Below, piece after piece: positions 46,900-58,564 of a DNA stretch of 64,000 nucleotides. Source of the DNA: the human T2T-CHM13v2.0 reference genome, Homo sapiens; assembly GCF_009914755.1 (NCBI RefSeq), contig NC_060933.1. One strand, written 5' to 3'. The position numbers and the translations under genes are program-made. Position 1 is the first letter of the stretch. The number at the start of each line of letters is the position of its first letter. The notes beneath the pieces were generated by a model. It did no database searches. It had not been told where the DNA came from and saw only the letters and a list, made by a program, of their open reading frames with translations.

Positions 46900-48097
46900 G
46901 TATCGTTTTCTTTATGCCTGAAGGACATCCCTTAACTTTTCTTATAGTGCAGGTCTGCAGGTAGTAAAGTCGTTCAGCTTTTTCGAGTCTGAAAACTTCT
47001 TTATTTCTTCATCTATTATTCTCTTTTTAATGACCGTTAGTTAAACCAATCCATTGAACTTTCCATTTCAATTATGATACTTTTCATTTCGTTTCTACTT
47101 GGTACTTTCCCCAATCTATTTGGTTATTTTCATGCTCAAGTTATTTCAACTCCTTTATTTCTTTAAGTATAAAACGCACTTTGTACTGTCTTTGGTAACT
47201 TGACTGTCTTAAGTTTTTGCAGGCCTGCTCTTTCTGTCCATTGTTTCTGCTGGCTCTTGCCGATTTTACATTTGTGATTTTTTATTGTGAACTTATATTC
47301 CTTGAAAGTATCTCAGAGTTTCTCCAAAGACAATCCATTTTGCATCTGTCAGTCACCTAGAAGGCACCAAAAAGCTGATATTGCTTTAAATTTGAAGCTT
47401 GAGACATTTTAGACCACCCAGGTTGTGTGAACAAACCAGTTAAAGGGCTATATATATATATACACACACATAAAACTCTCAGGGGAGATGTTTTCTCTCA
47501 GGATACCCAATGTTCCTCACTGTTCCTAGGGAAGCAGGGGTCAAGGGCAGCATACAGGGGGAGGCGGACAGGTTTATTCATAGTTCACCCTTACACTAAG
47601 TCTGTCCTTTTGGATCTCACTTTATGATGTCTCCTCTTAGCCCCTCCCACTTGGGCAGGCCCTCAGCTTTGTCTGCTGTTCTGCTGCCCCTTTTCCACCT
47701 CACGCTGTGAAAAACAGCAAAGTTTAGTTTGACAGGCAAATATCTGAAGGGTGAAAAGTGGCATCAGTGCCTTAGTTACTTCTTTGGGTTTCACTTCCAT
47801 TTTAAAACTTTTTTAGCTTTTTGGAATTCTTATTTTGTAGCTCATTGACACATTTTTAAGAGGTTCTTGATATGTATTCCAGAAGCTTTAGTTGTTTCCA
47901 GCTGGTCCTTATCACCCCTACTGTTGGAAATAAAATTCTTTCAACTTGTTCTTTAGCAATGTACAGGCTCCATAGAGCTCTCGCTGATCCTGAGGCAACA
48001 GGGTAAGAACGTCACTTAGGAATCAGGCTGGCCTGAGATCAAGTCTCAGATCCACCAGCAGTGTGACATCAGTGCCTCGCTTTCTTTATAGGGTTGG

Positions 48098-50105
48098 TGA
48101 TATGGTTTGGCTCTGAGTCCCCAGCCAAATGTCATGTCGAATTGTAATTTCCAATTACAATTGGAAATTGAATCTTACAATTGGAAATTGATTATTGAAT
48201 CATAGGTGTGGACATCCCCCTTGCTGTTCTTGTGATAGGGCTCTCATGAGATCTGGCTGTTTAATACTGTATATTAACTTCCCCTGTGCTCCTGCTGTCC
48301 ATACGAAGATATGCTTCCTTCCCTTTCACCTTCTACCATGATTGTAAGTTTCCTGAGGCCTCCTCAGCCATGCTTCCTGTACAGCTTGTGGAACCATGAG
48401 CCAATTAAACCTTTTTTTCTTTATAAATTACCCAGTCTCAGGTACTTCCTTATAGCAATGTGAGAACAAACTAATACAGAAAATCGGTACCAGAGAAGTA
48501 GGGCATTGTTACAAAGATACCCGAAACTGTGGAAGCGACTTTGGACTTAGGTAATAGGCAGAGGTTGGAACAGTTTGGAAGGCTTATAAGAAGACATGAA
48601 GATGACGGCTGGGCATGGTAGCTCATGCCTGCAATCCCAGCACTTTGGGAGGGTGAAGCAGGTGGATCATTTGATGTCAGGGTTTCAAAGCCAGCCAGAC
48701 CAACATGGTGAAACTCTGTCTCTACTAAAAATACAAAAAAAAATTAGGCGGGCATCATGGCGCATGCCTGTAATCCCAGCTACTCAGGAAGCTGAGGTAG
48801 GAGGATCATTTGAACCCAGGAGGCAGAGGTTGCAGTGAGCCAAGATTGTGCCACCGCATTCCAGCCTGGATAACAGAGTGAGACTCCATCTAAAAAAAAC
48901 AAAAACAAAAACAAAAATGAAAACAAAACAAAAAAACAGAAGACAGGAAGAAAAGTTTGGAACTTCCTAGAGACTTGCTGAATGGTTGTGACTGAAATGC
49001 TCATATAGTGATACGGACAGTGAAATCCAGGCTGACGTGGTCTCAGATGGAGGTGAGGAACTTATTGGGAACTGGAGTTTGCAGTCACTCTTGCTATGTT
49101 TTAGCAAGGAGACTGGTGGCATTGTGCTCCTACTCTAGGATCTGTGGAACTTCAAACTTGAGATGATTTAGGGCATCTGGCAGAAGAAATTTCTAAATTT
49201 CTAAACAGCAAAGCATTCAAGATATAACTTGGCTGCTTCTAACAGCATATGCTCATATACATTCACAAAGAGATGGTCTGAAATTGGAGCTTATATTTAA
49301 AAGGGAAGCAGAGCATAAAAGATTGGAAAATTTGCAGCCTGACCATGTGGTAGAAAAGAAAAACCAAATTTCTGGTAAGACATTCAACTCAGCTGCAGGA
49401 ATTTGCATAAGTAAAGAGGAGCAGAATGTGAATAGCCAAGATAATGGGGAAAATGCCTCCAGGGCATTTCAGAGATCTTCACAGTAGCCCTTCCCATCAC
49501 AGGCCTGAAAGATTAGGAGGGAAAAATGGTTTCATGGCCTAGGCCCAGGACCCCACTGTTCTGTACAACCTCGGGACATGTCACCCTGAATCCCAGCTGC
49601 TTCAGCTCCAGCTGTGGCTAAAAGGGCCCCAGATACATCTCAGGCCACTGCATCAGAGGGTGCAGCCATAAGAAGCCTTTGTGGCTTCCATGTGGTTTTA
49701 AGCTTACAGGTGCAAGGAAGGCAAGAGTTGAGGCTTGGGAGTTTCCACCTAGATTTTAAACGTTGTATGATAATGCCTGGATGTCCAGGAGGAAGTCTGC
49801 TGTAGGGTCAGAGCCCTCATGGAGAGCCTTTACTAAAGCAGTCTGGAGGTGAAATGTGGGTTTGGAGGCCCCACTCAATGTCCGCACTGGGGCACTGCCT
49901 AGTGGAGCTGTGAGAAGAGGGCCACTGTCCTGCAGGCCAGAGAATGGTAGATCCATTGAAAGCTTTCACTGTGTGCCTGAAAAAGCCACAGGCACTCAAT
50001 GCCAGCCCATGGAAGCAGTCACTGGGGAAGTACCCTGCAGAGCCATGGGGCAGAGCTGCCCAAGGCCTTGGGACCCCACCCCTTGCATCAGTTTGGCCTG
50101 GATGC
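48098..50105 (+). mobile_element. MaLR (MSTA/THE1D-like) 5' LTR plus truncated internal region; no 3' LTR
   Basis: LTR 48098-48478 (TGATATGGTTTGGC...CTAATACA), then GAAAATCGGTACCAGAGAAG. The internal ORF remnant FKREAEHKRLENLQPD is homologous to 18206-18691. Confidence 0.9.
48607..48938 (+). mobile_element. AluS inside the MaLR internal region
   Basis: Dimer with an (AAAAC)n-like tail; TSD AGAAGACA(T/G)GAAGA. Confidence 0.92.
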
Positions 50106-50109
50106 ACAC

Positions 50110-50885
50110 CATGAGCAGTAATGGGAAAATTCTTATTGAAAAAGGCAAGAACAAATCAGCCCAGTGAGATGAATTACATGTTGCACTCCTTCCTGGGATG
50201 GAAGAATTGAACAATGATAGGATCTTCTACATTTCGGTTTTTACTTTTACTGACTCATGGGCAGTGGCCAATGGCCTGGCCATGTGACCAGGCAGAGGGA
50301 CAATGGCAAACTGGGCTGTGAAAGGATGTCCACATGGAGCACAGCACTGCAGGAATTTAAAGGGCACATTAAAGTAGGTCATGTCAATGCCCACCTGAAG
50401 AACCCCTCCCAGGTTCAGTGATCAGATCTGGTAGGTGGATATCCTGGTGACCTTGAGGTGGCCACCTGGGCTTAACAAAGGAGTGGACACAGGGGAGCTG
50501 CAGCCGTGCAGGGATGGGCTGCTCAGCAACACGTCCCTCCTCCACCCTCAGAGGCACCAAATGCCAACAAGAACCGTCCTATCTGACAGCAGGAAGACAG
50601 AGACTGCAGATGGCTATGGGGCAGATTCCCAGTGGGAAGGCACCACTCATAGCTAACAAGTAGATTATACCAGACTGAAGCCAGTATCCCTGGGAGGCTA
50701 TAATGGGTCCTGACACGTTCTCTGGACTGGGCTTTGCATAGTCATTAGATTCAAATGCCAAAAATACTATAAAAGAACTGGAACAGATGATAAGACATCA
50801 ACTTGGACCACCAAGTTTTATTTCTTCAGGCCAAAGAACACATTTATGGCCCACAGTGTCCTATAATGGACATACCATGTTGCAT
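50110..50885 (+). mobile_element. ERVL-class pol fragment (RNase H to integrase), HERV16/ERV3-16A3-like
   Basis: Hand translation gives RNase H motifs KSAQ*DELHVA, FTDSWAVANGLA and GHIKVGHVNAH, and integrase motifs SGHRGAAAVQGWA, QVDYT, SGLGFA and LGPPSFISSGQRTH. Confidence 0.8.
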
Positions 50886-50887
50886 AT

Positions 50888-52050
50888 TGTCTTCATCTCC
50901 TAGGGCTGCCATAACAAAGTGCCACAAACCATATGGCTGACTTACAAAACAAAATGCACTGTCTCACAGTTCTGGAGACTAGAAGTCTGAGATCAAGTTC
51001 TTGGCAGGGCTGGTTCCTTCTGAGGGCTGTGAGGAAGAATCTAATCCACACTTCTCTCCTAGCTTCTGGTGGTTTGCTGGCAATCTTTGGCATCCCTGGG
51101 CTTGTAGAATTCTGCCTTCATCTTCATATGGCATATCCCCTGTGTTATCTCTGTGCACAAATTTCCCTTTTTTATAAAGACACAAATCATATTGGATTAG
51201 GGGGCCCACCCTATTACAGCATGACCTCATCTTAACTAATTACATTAACAACAATCCCATTTTCAAAAAAGGTCATGTTCTTAGGTACTGGGGGTTCTGA
51301 GTTCAGCATATGAAATTTTTATTTAGGGTAACATATATTCCTTTTTTCAGTTTTTATTGTGTTAAAACACACATAAAATTTACCATCTTAACCATTTTAA
51401 GTGTACAATTCAGTGGTATTAAATACATTGATAATGTTGTACAAGTATCCCCACAACCCATCTGCAAAACTCTCTTCATCTTGTAAAACTGAAATGATAT
51501 TTATTAAAACCTAACCCCTACCCCCTCTTCCCAGCCTCTGGCAACCACCATTCTACCTTCTGTCTATGAAGTTGAATATTCTAGGCCCCTCATTTAAATG
51601 GAATCATGCAGTATTTGTTTTTGTGACAGGCTTATTTCACCTAGCATAATGTACTCAAGGTGCATCCATGTTATAGCATATGTCTATATGCTATATAGAC
51701 ATTTTCTTCCTTTTGGAAGCTGAATAATATTCCACTGTATGTATGTATATGTCAGATTTTGTTTTTCCATTCATCCCTCAATGAATGCTTAGATTATTTC
51801 CCTTTTGGCTATTGTGTCTAATGCTGCTATGAACACGGGTGTACAGATATCTCTTTGAGACCCTGCTTTCAATTATTTTGGTATTCCACCCAGAAGTGGA
51901 AATGCTGGATCATAGGGTAATTCTGTTTCTAATTTCTTGAGGAATCACCATATTGTTTTCCATACTAGATGTACGGTTTTATATTCCCACCAACAGGAAT
52001 ATAAGCATTCCAAACATGAATTTTGTGGGAACATATTTCAAACCATAGCA
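50888..52050 (-). mobile_element. MLT1 (MLT1B/C-like) LTR, split by an L1
   Basis: CCTAGGGCTGCCATAACAAAGTGCCACAAAC...CTCACAGTTCTGGAGACTAGAAGTC; the terminal piece resumes at about 52010-52050. Confidence 0.8.
51345..52010 (-). mobile_element. L1MB 3' end
   Basis: AAAATTTACCATCTTAACCATTTTAAGTGTACAATTCAGTGG. Confidence 0.85.
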
Positions 52051-52124
52051 GTCACCAAAAGCTCAAGCAACAAAACAAAAAATAGATCAGTTCAATTTCA
52101 TTAAAAAGTTCTGTGTTTCAAAGT

Positions 52125-52500
52125 CGACATGGTTTGGCTGTGTCCCCACCCAAATCTCATCTTGAGTTGTAACTCCCAGAATTCTCATGTGTTGTGGGAG
52201 GAACCCAGTGGAAGGTGACTGAATTATGGGGGCAGGTCTTTCTTGTGCTGTTCTCATGATAGTGAATGAGTCTCACGAGATCTGATGGTTTTAAAAATGA
52301 GAGTTTCCCTGCACAAGCTCTCACTTTGCCTGCTGCCATCCATGTAAGACGTGACTTGCTCCTCCTTGCCTTTCATCTTTCGCCATGATTGTGTGGTCTC
52401 CCCAGCCACATGGAACTGTGAGTCCAATAAACCTCCTTCTTTTGTAAATTGACCAGTCTCAGGTATGTCTTTATCAGCAGCATGAAAACAGACTAATACA
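52125..52500 (+). mobile_element. THE1B-like solo LTR
   Basis: GACATGGTTTGGCTGTGTCCCCACCCAAATCTCATCTTG...CAGACTAATACA; TSD AAAGT/AAGGT. Confidence 0.93.
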
Positions 52501-53800
52501 AAGGTTACATAAGAAAACAAGGACAACCACAGAATGGGACAAAAACTTATAAGTCCTATATCTGATAAGGAACACATGTTCCAGACGATCTAACCACTCT
52601 TACAACTCAATAAAAAGACAACGCAATTTAAAAATGGGCAAAAGATGAATAGACATTTCTTCAAAAACATGAAAAATGGCCAATAAGCATGTGAGAAGGT
52701 GCTCAATAACATTCATTATTAGGGAAATGCAAATCAAAACACAATGATACACCACGTCACCCCAATGAGATAACTAAATTCAAAAGACAAACAATAAGGA
52801 GTGTCAGCAAGAACAGGAAACTGGATAATAACCTTCATTCAATGCTGAGGGAATGTAAAACCTTGTCTGTTTTGGAAAACATTTTGGTAGTTTCTCAAAA
52901 ATTAAAACAGAGTTATCATATGATCCAGTAATTACACTCCAAGGTATATACTTAAAAGAAATGAAACCACACAAAAACGTATACCTGAATGTTCACAGCA
53001 GCATTATTCATCATAGCCAAAGTGGAAACAAGACCACTCAAGCCAGCCCCGCCTCGGAACCTGACAAAGTTAAATGGAAGCCTACACAGCTGAGCCGCAT
53101 TTCCATGGGAGACATTTTGGTCATTCCAGGTGATGATGAACTACACCAATTGTTAGTGGCTGAGAAGAACCTCAGGAATGTGCCAGCATCTTTTGACTTT
53201 TATTTTGGGGGGCTGCATCTACTACCACAACATGCAATATGGGTAACACTGGCATGGCTGGTTAGATTTGATTACCTCATGCAAATAAGTCATGTGGTAA
53301 TACTGATATTGATGATCAAATGTATTGGGAGATTGAGTTAAAGTCTCCTCAGGATGTAATACCAACGGAAAATGAGTCTTTAGAAGAACTATATTTAGTT
53401 AACCATCACCTAATTTCCAGATAAATAGTTCTGCACAGGTCATATAAGATACAAAGAGCAGTAGATCAAGGGGGAGGATGATCTTGGGGACTCCTGAAAT
53501 ATACTGTCAATAACCCAGATATCCTCCAGTAAATAAATGGATATACAAAGTGTGGTATACATACATATGTACATACAGTGGAACATTATTCAGCCATAAA
53601 CAGGAATGAAATACTGATACAGGCCACACAATGAATGAACCTCAATAAACCGTAGAATCCTGCTAAGTGAAAGAAGCCAGTCAGAAAAGACCAGATATTG
53701 GATGACACATTTATATAAAATGTCCAGAATAGGCAAATCTAGAGACAGAAAGCAGATTCATGGTTGTCAGGGGTTGAGGGAAGGAGGAAATGAGGAGTGA
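52501..53800 (+). mobile_element. L1MB/ME ORF2 end + 3'UTR, interrupted by a non-repeat insert at about 53031-53510
   Basis: GGGAAATGCAAATCAAAAC...ATAGCCAAAGTGGAAACAA // AACCCAGATATCC...AAGTGAAAGAAGCCAGTC are colinear L1 on both sides of the insert. Confidence 0.8.
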
Positions 53801-54192
53801 TTAAGTGAATTAATGCATGTTAACACCTTAAACTTTGGGCAACTGCCCAATCACACAGACAGTGCAGTCTCATTCATGGGCTACATGACAAAACAAAGAG
53901 AAAAGCCTGGGTAGAAATACCAACGTGTATGTCATGAAAAATATAATACCTAAATAAACAGAGAAACTATGTTCCTTAATGAGCAAATTCAATATTATAA
54001 GGTTGCCAATTCTCCTCCCATAGTTTCTCAAAAGTTGCAATGTAATGCAATTTTAATCTAAATGGCATGGTTATCTAGACAAGAAAAAAATTGATTGTAA
54101 AATTTATATGAAAAAATAAAGGTGTGAGAATTGCAAGGAAAATTTTCAAATGGAAAATTATTACAGGAGAAAGGAGTGTGGAGACCTTGCTC

Positions 54193-54990
<798 letters not shown>

Positions 54991-55439
54991 ACTCCACCAG
55001 GTATTAAAGATTATTACAAAGATTATGTAATTAAAACAATACAGAACAGACCAGGGTTGACTACAAGATCAATGGGACAGAATAAAGTTACATATCCAAT
55101 GCCTGCTGCTGACCACAGGGATTTGTCACAGATCTCATCACTTAGAAACCCTACAGTGGTTTCCCTGGTCACCTTCCAGTCACCACTACACCTTGGCTCC
55201 TTTTAGCACTCCTCCCTAGCTTATCACTATATGAAATTGCTTTATCTCTTTGTATTGTCTGTCACCTGCCACCATAATGTGAATTTCTAGACCTCCATAG
55301 CATGCAAAGCTCTAGAACAGTTCTTTGAACACAGAAGGTGCTTGACAAATATTTTCTGAAAGAAAAAGAAGATACTTCAATACCTCAGTTTACTAAGGAC
55401 GTGGGGCTACCATATGGCTGCCTGAACAAATACAGCTTG

Positions 55440-55650
55440 ACATTCACTTTCTTGCTACTGATTGAAGTGTATTAACTTGTGTAATCACACAACTACCCTA
55501 TGGGGTAGGTGCCCTTATTTCTCCATTTGGCAGAGAGGGACTAAGTATCTTAACCAAGGTCACACGGCTTTCAAGTGCCAGAGCCAGGACTCAGATCTAC
55601 ACAGGTCTGGCTCCAGAGCCCCCAATCTAACCTCTTAACCTCTCTGCTTT
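55440..55650 (+). mobile_element. MIR
   Basis: ACAACTACCCTATGGGGTAGG...CCAAGGTCACACGGCT...CAGAGCCAGGACTC...GGTCTGGCTCCAGAGCC. Confidence 0.75.
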
Positions 55651-56599
55651 ACTGGGCTAAACCTTCACCACCTATCATATGGAAAAAGAAATTCAATAGA
55701 AAGTTATATGGAAAAAATACAACCCTGTGTTAATATTAGAAAATCCATAGTAACATGTAGAATGAGGAAGCTTCCTCAAGCCCAACTATACAGGTCAGAT
55801 CGGTTGAAAAAATAAAACTAACAAATTTTTACATGTCAAAATATGCAATATTTGAAAATCCAAGGCTAATATCTTTAAATAGGCAAAGATTTATTAATAC
55901 CCCTTGACACACAAACAGGAAGTGAGAAAATGGGCAACTGACACAAATCGATAATTAACTGTGAGGACATAGGTGGTGGAGTCTCTCCTAGTCCTCTATT
56001 CTTGGAGATCTGAATGCCTGCCATTCGCGTATGGGAAGAACAGAGACGGTCATGGAAAACAGCATTTAATCTAGAAAGGACCACAATGAGGTCAAAGGGC
56101 GGTCTCAGGGCAGTCTTAAGAGCTCCCCATCCCCAAAGAACTGGCAAGGACTCTCCAGGTGCTCGTATGCGACTGCTGCCCAACTCCCATCACGAACTCA
56201 GAAGACCTGTCATTTTCTGAAATTTTCATGACTTCTAAGACACTAGTTATTGGGGAAAACTTCAAATTATTTAAATAATGAGAGGCGAAAAACATTGCTA
56301 AACTCATGAATACTCTGTATTTAAAACCTCCACTGGCGATCAGGGCACATAGAATCTCTACTACTGATCCCTGACGCTGGCCATCCCCCAACCCGTCGGC
56401 CCACGGACCCCAGCCCTGACCCCACCTCCTCCCAGCATCTTACACAAGGATTCTCATCACACTCCCCAGAGACTCGCCTGCCCAGGGCCCCTCTCTAACC
56501 CCATATAGCTCAGGTCTCTGATCCAGAGACTGCATCACCGACCTCTCCGACTACCTATTTCCAGATTAGAGTCCCTGATCACAGAGGCATTGTCTAAAA

Positions 56600-57300
56600 T
56601 AACTAGCTCTTACAACTACGTCCACTTCAGGAACCGCCCTGTGATGTCAGAACTTTGAGGCCGCCCGGCCAGGGCTGCACATGCTCAGTGAGGTCGGCGC
56701 CCGCCAGTAACAAACATGGCTCCCTGAAGCCGCTCAGGCTCAAGAGCAACATGGAGGTCTGCACTTAATCGCTCCTCTCCGGGGGCGGCCATACCGAGGA
56801 GGCGTCTCTTCCGTGCAGGCAGGCTCTCCTGGGGACCTCAGAGATTCTCTCCAGCGGCAGCAGAAAACGGGCAATGGGTGGATTCGGGTCCAGATTCTGG
56901 CAGGAGGGAGTTTGGGATCGAGATCTGGAAAAAAGCACTAGACTGGAAGAGGACGCGATGGAGTCGGAGCCGCTGGCGGGGACAAAAACCAGAGGCCGGG
57001 GAAGGCGCCGGTGGGAGGCAAGGCACGGATGGACTTTACCTGCGCACGCGTCGCAGCCATCTCCGCGCACAGTGGTGGCCACCGCCACTGGTGCTGAAGT
57101 GTCGGCGTGTGCCGGGCGCTCCGCTGGGACCCGGGTTGCTGGCCCTGAGTCTCAGCTTTCTCATCTGTATGGTTGGGACAAGTACAGTAACCCTCGCCCG
57201 TCAAGACGGGCCAGGGCTGTGGCGAGGGTCCACGCCTTAGAGCAGGCACCTATCTTGTGCAGGGCCCTGAGATGGGGTCTGACTCAGTTCCTGCGGGGAA
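56600..57300 (+). promoter_or_regulatory. CpG island with candidate promoter/first exon (likely lncRNA)
   Basis: CpG-dense non-repeat sequence with an NRF1-like TGCACATGCTCA (about 56676) and a YY1-like AACATGGC (about 56713). Direction is inferred from these motifs only. Confidence 0.6.
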
Positions 57301-57824
57301 CTTCACCAGTGACCCAGTCAGTGCCCTTCAGTTAAAGACTACCAGGGGCACACTTGTAATTAAATATAATTACATTGCAGCAAGGAATGGGGTACTATGG
57401 GTCATCTCAGTGGGAGGAGTTAGAGAGAAACTATTATACGATTTGGGCTTTAATTGGTTGATTTCGGACAGGATCTCAGAAAGTGAAGACTTTAGATTGG
57501 ATGCTGTCAGAAAGCAGGAGCAATATGATTATTAAGTATTTTGTGGGTGGCATCAAGACCTTGTTTTTTATCTGCACTTAGACAACATTATAAAGTGCCC
57601 TTGTTTTTGTTTGCACTTATCACGGTCTCAGATTAACCTTCTGAAGTTGATATTCTGTGAGATTGTTTATGTCCAACAGGAAAACAAAATGTCCTGGCCA
57701 TGAGCATCAGACCAGCGTGTAATCACATTAAGGCCTGTGACCCAAATATTGACAGAATTGAAGTTAGAAATAGTTCTACAGTAACAGAGTCTTCAATACT
57801 CCATTTAAAATAATGCATAGAAGC

Positions 57825-57916
57825 TGGACATGGTGGCTCATGCCTTTAATCTCAGCTACCTGGGAGGCTGCGGCAGGTGGATTGCTTGAGGTCAGGAGTT
57901 CGAGACCAGCCTGGGC
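57825..57916 (+). mobile_element. Alu left-monomer/FLAM fragment
   Basis: GGACATGGTGGCTCATGCC...GAGTTCGAGACCAGCCTGGGC, abutting Tigger1. Confidence 0.8.
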
Positions 57917-58441
57917 CTTTTGGCCTGTCTCGGCTTTTAACATACCTTCCTCACTCAGCTTAATCATTTCTCACTTTAGATTTATAATAAGAGATGTGTG
58001 ACTCTTACTTTCACTTGAACACATAGAGGCCTTTATAGAGTTATTAATTGGCCTAATTTCAATATTGCTGTGTCTCAGAAAACAGACCTGAGGGAGAGAT
58101 GGAGGAAGGGCAGATCGATGGAACCATTCGAATACACATATGTATCAATTAAGCTCATTGTCTTTTGGAGCATGGCTTGTGATGCCCCAAAACAATGACA
58201 ATAGTAATATCAACGATCACTGATAACAGATCACCATAACAGATATAATAATAACAAAACATTTGAAATATTGCAAGAATTACAAAAATGTAACACAGAG
58301 GTGCAAAATAAGCACATGCTACCAGAAAAGTGGCACTGGTAGACTTGCTTGGTGCAGGGTTGCCACAAACCTTCAACCTGTACAAACTGCAATATCCGAG
58401 AAGCATAATAATGTGAAGTGTAATAAAACAAGGTAAGCTTG
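57917..58441 (-). mobile_element. Tigger1 DNA transposon 5' part
   Basis: Minus strand encodes [17 protein letters not shown] (start of the Tigger1 transposase); degenerate TIR ending at 58441 followed by TA. Confidence 0.9.
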
Positions 58442-58564
58442 TATATGTATGCATGCACACACCAGTACACATCCACCTATCCACACACAAATCTTTGTAC
58501 TAACAAAGCCTGTATTTTCAATTCCAACAATACATCATTTGTACCTTAAAAATCTCTGTCATCC

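Noticed and set aside
46225-46935. Longest ORF in the track (236 aa)
   Set aside because: It lies almost entirely within the MER52A-like LTR, has a non-ATG start, and is a low-complexity product.
56600-57335. Assigning a specific chromosome or lncRNA name (e.g. a chr9/chr20 pericentromeric family)
   Set aside because: This is an unverified recollection, and near-identical paralogs cannot be distinguished without alignment.
57320-57745. Possible old ERVL-type LTR (MER76-like)
   Set aside because: The resemblance is from memory only; termini and TSD could not be established.
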